This document shows positions 37,793 through 48,556 of a stretch of 64,000 bases of DNA, in pieces (within the stretch, counting starts at the first letter, position 1; the number at the start of each line of letters is the position of its first letter). The position numbers and the translations under genes are program-made. The stretch comes from Minisyncoccota bacterium. Lineage in GTDB: Bacteria > Patescibacteriota > Minisyncoccia > Phycocordibacterales > UBA9973. The stretch covers positions 3,171-67,170 of the forward strand of contig JBAYLA010000004.1 of the NCBI GenBank assembly GCA_041664285.1, given 5' to 3'. Under the pieces are notes generated by a model. The model searched no databases and was not told the origin of the DNA. It worked only from the letters and a program-made list of their open reading frames with translations.

Positions 37793-38539
37793 ATGATAAA
37801 TAATGATCAAAAACCAATAGTCGGGGCAATCCTTATAGTAGGATTCCTAATCGCTGGAGCAATTTTATTAAAAGGTAATTCCACTTCTACCCCCAAAAAC
37901 GAAAATAACGGAATTCCAGTAAATACAACAACGTTATCCCCTGTCGGAGCTCTAGACAAAACACTTGGAAATTCAAATGCAAAAGTCACTGTTATTATGT
38001 ACGCCGATTTTCAATGTCCTTTTTGTGCAGCAGTTTCTGGCTTACTACCAGCTAATTCACCTCTAATCCAATCTCTAAAACAAAGAGATCCAAACTGGAC
38101 TCCTTCTACCTCAGGAATTATTGATAATTATGTAAAAAATGGAAAGGTATTGTTTGTATATAGAGACTGGGCATTCTTGGGACCAGAATCAATAAAAGCT
38201 GCAGAAGCAGCAAGATGCGCCGGAGATCAAGGAAAATTCTGGGAATATCATGATTATCTTTATTCTCACCAAAATGGAGAAAATGAAGGAAACTTTTCTG
38301 ATACACACTTAAAATCTTTTGCCAAGGAACTTGGCTTAGACGTCTCTAGTTTTGATAAGTGTCTAGATAGTAATAAATACACACAAGCGGTAAATGATTC
38401 TAAAAATGATGGGTCTGCTGCCGGAGTAAATGGCACACCAAAAGGATTTATCTTAAAAGATGGAAAACTTGTTGGAATGATCGAAGGGGCAGAACCATTT
38501 TCTTCAGTAAAATCAAAAATTGATGCTGCATTAAAATAG
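37793..38539 (+). CDS. DsbA-family thiol:disulfide oxidoreductase, membrane-anchored
   Basis: N-terminal TM, thioredoxin-fold active site FQCPFC, DsbA-like helical insertion. Confidence 0.7.
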   Translation: MINNDQKPIVGAILIVGFLIAGAILLKGNSTSTPKNENNGIPVNTTTLSPVGALDKTLGNSNAKVTVIMYADFQCPFCAAVSGLLPANSPLIQSLKQRDPNWTPSTSGIIDNYVKNGKVLFVYRDWAFLGPESIKAAEAARCAGDQGKFWEYHDYLYSHQNGENEGNFSDTHLKSFAKELGLDVSSFDKCLDSNKYTQAVNDSKNDGSAAGVNGTPKGFILKDGKLVGMIEGAEPFSSVKSKIDAALK

Positions 38540-38557
38540 AAATAAAGAATAAAAAAA

Positions 38558-38579
38558 CCCGCATTATGCGGGTTTTTTT
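38558..38579. terminator. Bidirectional rho-independent terminator between the dsbA-like gene (+) and rpoD (-)
   Basis: aaaaaaa-cccgca-tta-tgcggg-ttttttt: GC stem flanked by A7 and T7 runs, so it reads as a terminator on both strands. Confidence 0.7.
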
Positions 38580-38581
38580 AT

Positions 38582-39826
38582 TTAATCAAAGTAATTTTTA
38601 AGTCTCGCAATTTTTTCATGTTGACGAAGTTTTTCATGAACTTTCGCTTCAATTTGACGAATACGCTCACGGGTTACACCAAATTCTTCTCCCACTCGTT
38701 CAAGCGTATGCTGAATACCATCAAGAAGACCATAACGCATTTCTAAAATTTTACGTTCCTTTGGATTAAGTTCATCTAAAACTTCTCGAATCTGATCAGA
38801 AAGAATGCGACGAGAAGATTCTTGATCAGGACGCAAAATTTTATCATCTGGAATAAAATTTTCCAAGGTTGATTTGTCGTCATCATCTCCTACTGGTTGC
38901 TCCAAGGAGACAGTTTCTTGACTAATGTTTTCAATCACGTGAATTTTTTCTACTGGAATACCCATTTCCGTTGCAATCTCTTCGGCTAGTGGTTCACGAC
39001 CTAAATCCTGACTGAGGCGACGATGAGTTTGTTTATATTTAGAAATTGTTTCAACCATATGAACTGGAATACGAATAGTTCTAGATTGATCAGCCAAGGC
39101 ACGAGTAATTGATTGACGAATCCACCAAGTAGCATAAGTAGAGAATTTATACCCTTTTGTCCAATCAAATTTCTCAACCGCTTTAAATAATCCGAGATTT
39201 CCTTCTTGAATTAAATCGAGCAAGGTTAAGTTTGCACTTCTGCCTACATATTTTTTGGCTATAGAAACCACTAAACGCAAATTAGCGCGTGCTAATAAAT
39301 TTTTTGCTTCTATGTCTCCACGTTCGATACGCTTAGCTAGGTCTTTTTCATCATTCGCCCGAATTAAGGAATACTGCCCTATTTCCTTTAAATACATCTG
39401 AATAGAATCATGGATACTGCCCTTATTCAGATCTTTGTCATTTAAATCAAGGTCTAAATTAAGCAAATTTCCACCTTCTAATACATCAATAGAAGCTGTA
39501 GCAAACTTTTCATAAAGTTCGTCCAAGAATAAGATATTGTTTTCTATATCAGGAAAAGTTTTTAATATCTCATCATAAGTAATAAACCCACGCTTCCTTC
39601 CTTTTTCGATAAGCACATTTGCTAGACGAGTTAACCCTTCGGCTTTTTTTTCTGCATAAGATAATTTCTTTACTTGCTTCTTCGAGCCAAGACGAGTTTT
39701 AACTTTTTTTACAACTTTCTTTTTTGTTTTTTTAAGTTTTTTTATCTTTTTTAACTTTTTCTTTTTCTGAATTTTTTTAACTTTTTTTACAACTTTCTTT
39801 TTTGTTTTTTTATTTTTCTTTTTCAT
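38582..39826 (-). CDS. rpoD: RNA polymerase sigma-70 factor RpoD with a Lys-rich repetitive N-terminus
   Basis: Regions 1.2-4 present: ...[41 protein letters not shown]...(region 2), region 4 HTH ([19 protein letters not shown]). The N-terminal about 50 aa are [10 protein letters not shown] repeats. Confidence 0.9.
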   Translation of the reverse strand: MKKKNKKTKKKVVKKVKKIQKKKKLKKIKKLKKTKKKVVKKVKTRLGSKKQVKKLSYAEKKAEGLTRLANVLIEKGRKRGFITYDEILKTFPDIENNILFLDELYEKFATASIDVLEGGNLLNLDLDLNDKDLNKGSIHDSIQMYLKEIGQYSLIRANDEKDLAKRIERGDIEAKNLLARANLRLVVSIAKKYVGRSANLTLLDLIQEGNLGLFKAVEKFDWTKGYKFSTYATWWIRQSITRALADQSRTIRIPVHMVETISKYKQTHRRLSQDLGREPLAEEIATEMGIPVEKIHVIENISQETVSLEQPVGDDDDKSTLENFIPDDKILRPDQESSRRILSDQIREVLDELNPKERKILEMRYGLLDGIQHTLERVGEEFGVTRERIRQIEAKVHEKLRQHEKIARLKNYFD

Positions 39827-41495
39827 GTTTTTGTTTGTTTAGTTCTTGTATTTCTATTAAAAGTTTCGTTTCCCTGTCTTTGTCTTTAATACTCCGTAGT
39901 TCTTGCATCTTTCGTAAGAGTTCCTCATTTATGCGTTCTTTGTCTAAATTAGTTAATAATTCTCGTATTTCCTTCTCTAAATTCGTATTATCTTCGTAAA
40001 ACACTTCCGCTTCAAATATTAAATCATTTTCTGAATCCTTGTATTTTTCTAAAAGTCCAGGAAGTAATTTTTCAAGTTCCTCGTCCTTCTTCCAGAGAGC
40101 TATACCAAGCAATTTGCGTTCGATATAATCCTTCCGATGTAGGGTACTCAAGGCCTCTTTGGCTTCTTTTATCTCTTCCTTTTCATATTTAAATTCTTTT
40201 TCAATTTTCTGTAAATCATCCTGCAGAGCATTAAGCGGTATGCCTGACTTATCACTGATTATTTTTATAAAATGCATTTTTTCTATCGAGCTATCTAGCG
40301 CATTCACGAAAAGTAATATTTTTTCTCTTATTTCTTTGCCTACCTTTCTCGCATCGTTACCAAAATTTCCAAGAGCTTTGTTCAAAAGAAATTCAATGAT
40401 ATGCTTGGAATTTTTTATCGCTTCACGCCAGGGATCCTCTCCATTTTTACTAATTAAATCAGCTGGATCTACGCCTTCTGGCATCTCCACAACTTTCACG
40501 TCCATGCCGAGCGATAAAGCAATCTTTCCTGCTCGGATCGTGGCATTGGCTCCGGCTTTATCTGCGTCAAAAGAGAGCACAATGTTGGAAGAAAGACGGC
40601 GTACCAACCCGAGATTGGAAACAACATTTTCTTTGGAAACAGTCGAGTCAGAAAGAGCCGTGCCGGAAGTAGCTATTGTATTCTTATATCCAGCTTGATG
40701 TGATAATATAAGGTCCATTTGCCCTTCCACCAGTATAGAGAAATTATTCTTGCGAATGGAATCTTTGGCTTTGTCGATACCATAGAGCACTGCGTGCTTG
40801 CTGAAAATCGGGGTTTCAGGACTATTAAGATATTTTGCCGACTTGCCATCATCTGTGAAAATCCTACCAGAAAATGCCACAACACGACCGCTAGAATCCA
40901 TGATCGGAAACATGATTCGTCCGCGAAAACGGTCATAATATCCCTTGTCTGTCTTTTTAACTAATCCTACTTTTTCTATTTCATTATCTGTAAAACCTTT
41001 TTTCTGTAAGTAAAAATACAATAGCCGCCAATCATTGAGAGCAAAACCAATGCGAAAATCTTTAATACTCTTCTCCGTGAGTCCACGGGATTTCAAATAC
41101 CCCTCTACTTCCTTGTTACCTTTTAAATTACTTTCATAATACAAAGTCGATTCTTCCATCACCCGATATGATTTCTCTTTCTCCCCTTCTGTCTCTTTCA
41201 TCTCCTTACTATAGGGTGTAAGTTCCACTCCTGCTTTGCTTGCCAACATTTTTAACGCACCTTTAAAATCTAATCCTTCAAATTCTTCCACAAAGGTAAA
41301 AATGTCCCCGGAAGCCCCACATCCGAAACAATAATAGCTCCCACGGTCAGGCGAAATGAAAAAGGAAGGCGTCTTCTCATTATGAAAAGGGCACTTCGCT
41401 TTTAAATTTATGCCTGCTTTTTCGAGCTTGATGTAAGAAGAGACTACTTCTTCAATTGATAGTCTCTCCTTAATTTTAGCAACTGGAGAGTTCAT
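39810..41495 (-). CDS. dnaG: DNA primase DnaG
   Basis: Zinc-binding domain [36 protein letters not shown] ([13 protein letters not shown]...SFDADKAG). Overlaps the rpoD start by 17 nt. Confidence 0.85.
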   Translation of the reverse strand: MNSPVAKIKERLSIEEVVSSYIKLEKAGINLKAKCPFHNEKTPSFFISPDRGSYYCFGCGASGDIFTFVEEFEGLDFKGALKMLASKAGVELTPYSKEMKETEGEKEKSYRVMEESTLYYESNLKGNKEVEGYLKSRGLTEKSIKDFRIGFALNDWRLLYFYLQKKGFTDNEIEKVGLVKKTDKGYYDRFRGRIMFPIMDSSGRVVAFSGRIFTDDGKSAKYLNSPETPIFSKHAVLYGIDKAKDSIRKNNFSILVEGQMDLILSHQAGYKNTIATSGTALSDSTVSKENVVSNLGLVRRLSSNIVLSFDADKAGANATIRAGKIALSLGMDVKVVEMPEGVDPADLISKNGEDPWREAIKNSKHIIEFLLNKALGNFGNDARKVGKEIREKILLFVNALDSSIEKMHFIKIISDKSGIPLNALQDDLQKIEKEFKYEKEEIKEAKEALSTLHRKDYIERKLLGIALWKKDEELEKLLPGLLEKYKDSENDLIFEAEVFYEDNTNLEKEIRELLTNLDKERINEELLRKMQELRSIKDKDRETKLLIEIQELNKQKHEKEK

Positions 41496-41503
41496 AAATT
41501 ATA

Positions 41504-44500
41504 TTATTGTTCCTCTGATGTTCTAATAAACTTACTTTTGAACCCAGTTCCAGCTGGAATTAGTCGTCCAATTATAACATTCTCTTTTAAGCCTCGGAGA
41601 GAATCCACTCCACCTTTAATTGCATTTTCAATTAAGACACGATTGGTGTTTTGGAATGAAGCAGCTGATAACCAACTTTTAGTACGGAGAGAAACTTCAG
41701 TAATACCAAGTACTACTATTTCTGCTTTTGCTTCTTTTCCATTAATATCTCTAACTCTAATGTTTTCTTCTATAAAAGCAGTATTCTCGACGATATCACC
41801 CACTGAAAAATTTGTTTCACCTGCGTCTTTTATTTTTCTTCGAGAAAACATCTGACGAATAATAATCTCTGTGTGCTTCCTAGAAATTGAAGCGCTTTGA
41901 AGTTCATAAACTTTGTTAATTTCCTCAATAATATATTCTTCAACTAATTCTTTATTTCCTAATTTAAACATTTCAGCAATATCAGCTGATCCATCAGTCA
42001 AAAGCTGTCCCTTTTTCACAGAGTCCCCAACTTTAACAATAGGCATTCTCCTGAAAGCTACCACATATTCTATTTCATTGGCCTTACCATCAACCTTGCT
42101 ATCAGATAGTACTTTAATTATTTTTTCTTTTACATTTTCTTTACCATCTTTAGCTACTATTGATATTACTTCTCCGTCAGTTTCAGAAATAATTGCAGGA
42201 TTTTTTGGAATTCTTCTTTCGAAAATTTCCTCTACACGCGGAAGACCAGTGGTAATATCTGTTCCAGCCACCCCTCCAGCATGGAATGTACGGAGCGTCA
42301 ACTGAGTACCTGGTTCTCCAATGGCCTGAGCGGCTATTATTCCAACAGCTTCACCTTCTTCCACTAAATGATTTCTTCCTAAATCGAGACCGTAACACAT
42401 TACACAAAGACCATGCGCTGTTTTACAAGCAAGAGGAGAACGAACAAACACTTCAGTAAAACCTGCCCCCTCGATATTACAAGCTTCTTCTTTGGTAATT
42501 AAAAATCCTCTCTTATAAATTACCTTACCATTTTTATCTTTAAGATCACCGGCCAATACTCGTCCACGAATATTTTTAGAAAGTGGAATTTCAATTCCAG
42601 AAATATTTTCTCGAGTCACAATTTTCCCTTCTTTAGTACCACAATCCTCTTCTGTAATAACTACATCTTGGGCTACGTCAACTAATCTTCTTGTTAGGTA
42701 TCCAGCTTTAGCAGTATTAAGTGCTGTGTCGGATGCACCTTTACGAGCACCGTGAGTAATAACGAAATATTCAATTGGAGAAAGTCCTTCTTGATAACAA
42801 GGAATAATTGGAAATTCTAGAATTTTACCTTGGTTATTCTGAATAAGACCAATCATCCCAGTCATCTGCATCAAACTCGACATTGTTCCTCTCGCCTTAG
42901 AAGTGAATAAATCATAAGTAGAACCTTTTTTATCAAGCGTATTTGGCAAAACTTTTTCTAAATTTTTCTTAACCTGTGTCCAGATTTCAATAACTTTCTG
43001 ATATTTTTCATCTAAAGAAAGCAAACCTTCACTCCACTGCGAAACTGTCTCCTCTTCTAATTTTCTTCCTTCTTCTATAATTTTTGTCTTTTCTTCTGGG
43101 ACTTTAATATTATCTAATCCCCAAGTAGTACCAGAAACTGTGGAATATTTAAATCCAAATTCTTTAATCTTGTCTAAAATAGCAGGGGTATTCTCTACTC
43201 CAGAATGAACAATAAGCTCATCCAAAAGAGCAGACAGTCTATCTTGGGTCATTTCATCATTTACATAAGAGAAGTCGTTTGGCAAAATACTATTGAAAAG
43301 AAGTTTTCCAACAGAAGTTTCAAAAATTTCTCCGCCAAATTTTTTATATTTAGGTGTATCAGTGGCTAGAACTTTTATTTTTGCACGCATAGATACAATT
43401 CCATAATCATAAGCAGTGATGGCAGTATTGGGGCTTGAAAAATATTTTCCTTCACCAACTTCCCCCTCCATTAATTTAGTCATCCAGTAACTCCCTAGAA
43501 CCATATCCATACGAGGGTGTACTATTAAATCTCCATTTTGTGGTTTAAGTAAATTTTTATTCGATGCCATTAATTCTTTTGCTTCCCATTGTGCTTCTTC
43601 AAGTAATGGTACATACACAGCCATTTGGTCTCCATCAAAGTCAGCATTGAAAGCCTGACAAACCAAAGGATGAACCTGAATAGCATTTCCTTCAATTAAA
43701 ATAGGATTAAAAGCTTGAATACCTAAACGATGCAGAGTTGGTGCACGGTTTAAAAGTACATATTTACCTTGAATTACTTCTTCTAAAATAGCCCAAACTT
43801 CGGGGGAACGCTCTTCTATAAGTTTATTAGCTCCACGAATATTAAAGGCAAGTTCTGCCTGTAAAATTTTTGAAATTACAAATGGTCGGAAAAGTTCCAA
43901 AGCCATATGTTTTGGTAATCCGCATTGATTTAGCTTAAGTTTAGGACCAACCACAATAACACTACGACCTGAATAATCCACTCTTTTTCCTAACAAATTT
44001 TGACGGAAAAGACCTTGTTTAGATTTTAGATTATCGGAAAGTGATTTTAGGGGACGTTTTTGAGACTGACTCATCGCTGCTGAATCATTTTGTTTCGCAA
44101 TAGAATTATCAATTAAGGCATCTACTGCTTCTTGAATAATTCTTTTTTCATTTCTTAAAATAACATCTGGGGCATTGATTTCTTTTAATTTCTTTAAACG
44201 ATTATTTCTATTTATAACCCGACGATAAAGATCATTTAAGTCGCTGGTTGCATGACGTCCACCGTCTAGAGCCACCATTGGACGTAAAACTGGTGGAATA
44301 ACCGGAATAACAGTCAAAAACATCCATTCTGGTCGAATTCCAGCATAGGTCATTGCTCGAATAAGAGAAAGTCTTTTTTGTAATTTTTCTTTTTCTGCCA
44401 TACTTACCTTCTCTAGCATTTTTTCAGTAAGAATTTTTAATTTGTTTAAATCGAGATTTTTAAAAATAGAATAAATAGCTTCAGCTCCAATACTAGCTTC

Positions 44501-45127
44501 GAAACAAGTCCCGTATTTTAAGGAATAATGATGAAAAGAAATTTCATTCAAAACTTTTCCTTCATAAATTTCTCCAATTTCTTTTTTTGTGATAGAAAGC
44601 AAGTTTTTTAATTTCTCACGAGTATCTGCATCAGCAGAGTTTTTTAATTTAGTTTTATATTCTTTATCTAAATTAGATAGAATGGATTCTTTTTCTTCTT
44701 CATGAACTTTAGTGATAATATATCCAGCAAAATAAATTACTTTTTCAAGGTCAGAAACAGATATATTAAGAAGGATACTCATCCTAGAGGGGACTCCACG
44801 TAAAAACCAAATATGAGAAACTGGAGTAGAAAGTTCAATGTGTCCCATGCGTTCTCGACGCACGATCGAACGTGTAACTTCCACTCCACATTTTTCACAG
44901 ATAATATCTTTATAGCGAATTCGGCGATATTTTCCACAGTAACATTCATAGTCTTTTTCTGGACCAAAGATTTTTTCATCAAAAAGTCCTCCTCTCTCAG
45001 ATCTGCCTGTACGATAATTTATAGTTTCTGGTTTAGTAACTTCTCCAAAAGACCATTCTTTTATTTGCTCAGGGGAAGCCAAACGCAATGCTATTTGATC
45101 AAATTCAGTTGTGTTTAAGGTTTTCAT
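41504..45127 (-). CDS. rpoC: DNA-directed RNA polymerase subunit beta', compact 1207-aa form
   Basis: Zn finger CYCGKYRRIRYKDIICEKCGVEV, NADFDGD catalytic motif (AFNADFDGDQMAV), trigger loop and C-terminal regions. Confidence 0.95.
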   Translation of the reverse strand: MKTLNTTEFDQIALRLASPEQIKEWSFGEVTKPETINYRTGRSERGGLFDEKIFGPEKDYECYCGKYRRIRYKDIICEKCGVEVTRSIVRRERMGHIELSTPVSHIWFLRGVPSRMSILLNISVSDLEKVIYFAGYIITKVHEEEKESILSNLDKEYKTKLKNSADADTREKLKNLLSITKKEIGEIYEGKVLNEISFHHYSLKYGTCFEASIGAEAIYSIFKNLDLNKLKILTEKMLEKVSMAEKEKLQKRLSLIRAMTYAGIRPEWMFLTVIPVIPPVLRPMVALDGGRHATSDLNDLYRRVINRNNRLKKLKEINAPDVILRNEKRIIQEAVDALIDNSIAKQNDSAAMSQSQKRPLKSLSDNLKSKQGLFRQNLLGKRVDYSGRSVIVVGPKLKLNQCGLPKHMALELFRPFVISKILQAELAFNIRGANKLIEERSPEVWAILEEVIQGKYVLLNRAPTLHRLGIQAFNPILIEGNAIQVHPLVCQAFNADFDGDQMAVYVPLLEEAQWEAKELMASNKNLLKPQNGDLIVHPRMDMVLGSYWMTKLMEGEVGEGKYFSSPNTAITAYDYGIVSMRAKIKVLATDTPKYKKFGGEIFETSVGKLLFNSILPNDFSYVNDEMTQDRLSALLDELIVHSGVENTPAILDKIKEFGFKYSTVSGTTWGLDNIKVPEEKTKIIEEGRKLEEETVSQWSEGLLSLDEKYQKVIEIWTQVKKNLEKVLPNTLDKKGSTYDLFTSKARGTMSSLMQMTGMIGLIQNNQGKILEFPIIPCYQEGLSPIEYFVITHGARKGASDTALNTAKAGYLTRRLVDVAQDVVITEEDCGTKEGKIVTRENISGIEIPLSKNIRGRVLAGDLKDKNGKVIYKRGFLITKEEACNIEGAGFTEVFVRSPLACKTAHGLCVMCYGLDLGRNHLVEEGEAVGIIAAQAIGEPGTQLTLRTFHAGGVAGTDITTGLPRVEEIFERRIPKNPAIISETDGEVISIVAKDGKENVKEKIIKVLSDSKVDGKANEIEYVVAFRRMPIVKVGDSVKKGQLLTDGSADIAEMFKLGNKELVEEYIIEEINKVYELQSASISRKHTEIIIRQMFSRRKIKDAGETNFSVGDIVENTAFIEENIRVRDINGKEAKAEIVVLGITEVSLRTKSWLSAASFQNTNRVLIENAIKGGVDSLRGLKENVIIGRLIPAGTGFKSKFIRTSEEQ

Positions 45128-45133
45128 ATAATT

Positions 45134-48100
45134 TTATTTATTTTCTTTTCTTAAATCTACATCCATAGCCAAACCTCGTAAATAATTTAACAGGACGTTA
45201 AATGATGCTGGAGAATTTGGTGATTTAATCGTTTCATTTTTGATAATGGAATCGAAGGCTGCAGATCGACCAAGAATGTCATCAGATTTAATAGTAAGCA
45301 TTTCACGAAGCGTATAAGCCGCACCATAACCTTCAAGTGCCCAGACTTCCATTTCTCCGAATCTCTGTCCTCCACCTTGAGCTTTTCCGCCAAGAGGCTG
45401 TTGAGTAATTAGAGAATAAGGACCGACTGAACGCATATGAATCTTGTCCTCCACCATATGGTGAAGTTTAAGCATGTACATATAACCAACAGCTACGTCT
45501 TGAGCAAAAGCTTCTCCAGTTCGTCCATCAAAAAGTTTTAATTTACCAGACTCTGGAAGTCCAGCTTTTTTTAATTCTTCTTGAATTTCCTCATGCTTCG
45601 CTCCCAAGAATGGTGGAACAATTGCTTGATAACCAAGACTGTTGGCAGCCATACCTAAATGCATTTCTAAAATTTGTCCCAAATTCATACGAGAAGGAAC
45701 ACCAAGTGGCGAAAGAATAACATCCACAGGCGTACCATCAGCCATATATGGCATATCTTCTTCTGGAAGAATGGTGGAAATAATTCCTTTATTTCCATGT
45801 CTTCCTGAAATTTTATCTCCAACTGAAATATTTCTAATCTGAGCAACTTCTATGACTATTTTTTTAATAATCCCCGCCTCGAGAGTGTGGCCTAAATCGC
45901 GAGAAAAAATCTTTACACCAATAATACGCCCGCGCTTACCATGCTCCATTCGAAGAGATGTGTCTTTTACATCACGAGCTTTTTCAGCAAAGATCGAACG
46001 AAGGAGCCGTTCTTCTGGGGTAAGCTCCGTTTCACCTTTAGGAGTAATTTTACCAACTAAAATATCATTCTCTCTTACCTCCGCTCCAATTCGGACGATA
46101 CCATCTTCATCCAAATCTTTTAATCTAAGCTCTCCAACATTCGGAATATCACGGGTTGTAATTTCAGGCCCAAGTTTAGTATCACGAACTGCACAAACGA
46201 ATTCCTCAACATAAACTGATGTAAATTTACTCTTTTTTACTAAACGTTCAGAAATAACAATAGCGTCTTCATAAGTTGATCCAGACCAAGACAAAAAAGC
46301 CACAAAAATATTTTGGCCAATTGAAATCTGTCCATTTACAGTACTACTTGTGTCGGCAAGCACATCACCCTTCTTAACTTTATCACCAACATTCACTAGT
46401 GGACGCTGATGGAAAACAGCAAAATTGTTATTTCTTAGAAAATTAATTAAAGTATATGTTTTGTCATGTTTTTCATTGTTCTTACCTTTAATAACTATTT
46501 TTTTAGCATCCAAATAAGAAACAATTCCATCTTCTTCTGCAATAACCAATCTACCTGAATCTCGCACTGCTAATTCTTCAATACCTGTTGCCACAAGTGG
46601 CACTTCAGGTAGAACACATGGCACAGCTTGTTTCTGCATGTTGCTTCCCATGAGTGCACGGTTTGCATTATTGTGTTCCAAAAATGGAATCATGGAAGTT
46701 GCAATAGAAAAAGCTTGGTTCGGAGCAACGTCAATAAAATCAACCTCAGTGCGAGAGACTGTTCCTGGTTCTGTTTTAATTCTTGCTTCTACTTTTTCTT
46801 CTGTTATTTTTCCATTTTCATCATAAGGAGTTCCAGCATGCGCAATGTTATATTTTTCTTCCTCTAAAGCATTTAGGTAAACTATTTCACCAGTTATTTT
46901 CCCATTTTTAACTTTGACATAAGGAGTTTCAATAATTCCAAAATCATTTATTTTTGCATAAGTTGAAAGGTGTAAAATAAGTCCGATATTTGGTCCTTCT
47001 GGGGTATGAATAGGACACACTCTTCCGTAGTGTGAAGGATGCACATCACGCACTTCCAAGCCCGCACGTTCACGAGTAAGACCTCCGGGTCCTAAGGCTG
47101 AGAGAGTACGCAAATGCTCCATTTCACAAAGTACGTTTTCTTGCGCCATAAATTGTGAAAGTTGGTTAGTAGTGAAAAATTCTTTAATCCGAGCTTGTAG
47201 TGGTCGCTGATTAATAATAGCAATCGGCATGGCTGTATCAACATCAATAATAGACATTCGATCTTGAATGTTTCTTTTAATCTGCATCATACCCGTACGC
47301 ACTTTTTGCTGAAGTATTTCTCCAACAAAACGTACTCGTCTCTGACCCAAATGATCTATATCATCAGCTTTTGCTAGGGGTGTATTGTTTAAAACAATAA
47401 TATGAGAAATTACTGTAACTAGGTCTTCTTTAGAAATTATTCGACGAGCCATCTCATCTTCTCCCATTCCCTTTTCGAAACGTTGATTAAATCTAAATCG
47501 TCCCACTGGAGAAAGGTCATAGCGTTCCGCTGTAAATAAAGAATGAATAAATTCTTTGGCATTTTCAGCCGTAGCCATATCCCCATCTCGGAGACGCTTG
47601 TAAATTTCAACACAAGAATCATTCAGACTTTTGTCTCCTTCTTTGGCTAAAGATGCTTTAATTATTTCTTCGGCTACAGGATTACCAGCAAATGCTTTTA
47701 AAAGCATGTCATTTGTCTCATAACCCATAGCTCTCAATAATGCTATTGCAGGAAATTTCCTCTTTTTGTCTATGCGGATATAAATTCCACCATCTGATTC
47801 TGATTCTATTTCAATCCATACCCCACGAGCTGGAATAATTTTTGCACCAAAATATTTAGTGCCTTTGTTTTCAGATTCTGTAAAAAATACCCCGAAACTT
47901 CGTGCAAGCTGAGGTACAATAACACGCTCTACTCCGTTGATAATGAAAGTTCCATGCGAAGTCATTAAAGGAAAATCTGACATGAAAATTTCTTGCTCTT
48001 TAACAGTTCCGAGAATTTTATTAGTTAATTTTACTCGCGCCTTGAGGGTCCCTTGATAAGAAAGTTTATTTATTTTCGAATTGTTTTCATCAATTTTAGA

Positions 48101-48343
48101 TTCACTTAAAGAAAAAGAAGTGAATTCTAATTGAAACTTTTTTCCAGAGTAATCAATGATTGGAGAAAATTCTTTAAAGACTTCTCCGATACCACTCTCT
48201 ATTAGCCATTTGAAACTTTTTAATTGAGCTTCAGTTAAATTTGGAAACTCTACTAAGGGCTTCTTGTATCGTAAAAAATATTTTTTCGGACGCTTCGTTG
48301 CACTTATTTCTTTAGGCATATTTAGTTTGCTCTTTATAAACAA
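45134..48343 (-). CDS. rpoB: DNA-directed RNA polymerase subunit beta, compact 1069-aa form
   Basis: Conserved rifampicin-cluster and catalytic regions (e.g. [29 protein letters not shown]). Separated from rpoC by only 6 nt. Confidence 0.95.
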   Translation of the reverse strand: [1069 protein letters not shown]

Positions 48344-48556
48344 AAAAAACGAAAGAAAAACAGATGAAAAATGCTTTTCTTTAGCTTCTTTAAGTTTATT
48401 TAGATATGATTAAGTTAAAAACCTTGTAATATATACACAGGATTGCATCAAGTACTCAATCAGTGAATCTCAAGTAGCCTACTCTATTTTAGCTTTTTTG
48501 TCAAATTTGGACTGGGGATTATGTGGTGAACGACTCAAATACCAGCATTTGAGCCG

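Noticed and set aside
41538-42305. Multiple 100-180-aa ORFs antisense to rpoC, rpoB, leuS, dnaG, gyrB and other large genes (e.g. 41538..41855, 41913..42305, 40159..40698, 45852..46214, 9534..9845)
   Set aside because: All lie fully inside strongly supported large housekeeping genes on the opposite strand. Their translations are Ser/Pro/Ile-rich low-complexity typical of antisense frames.
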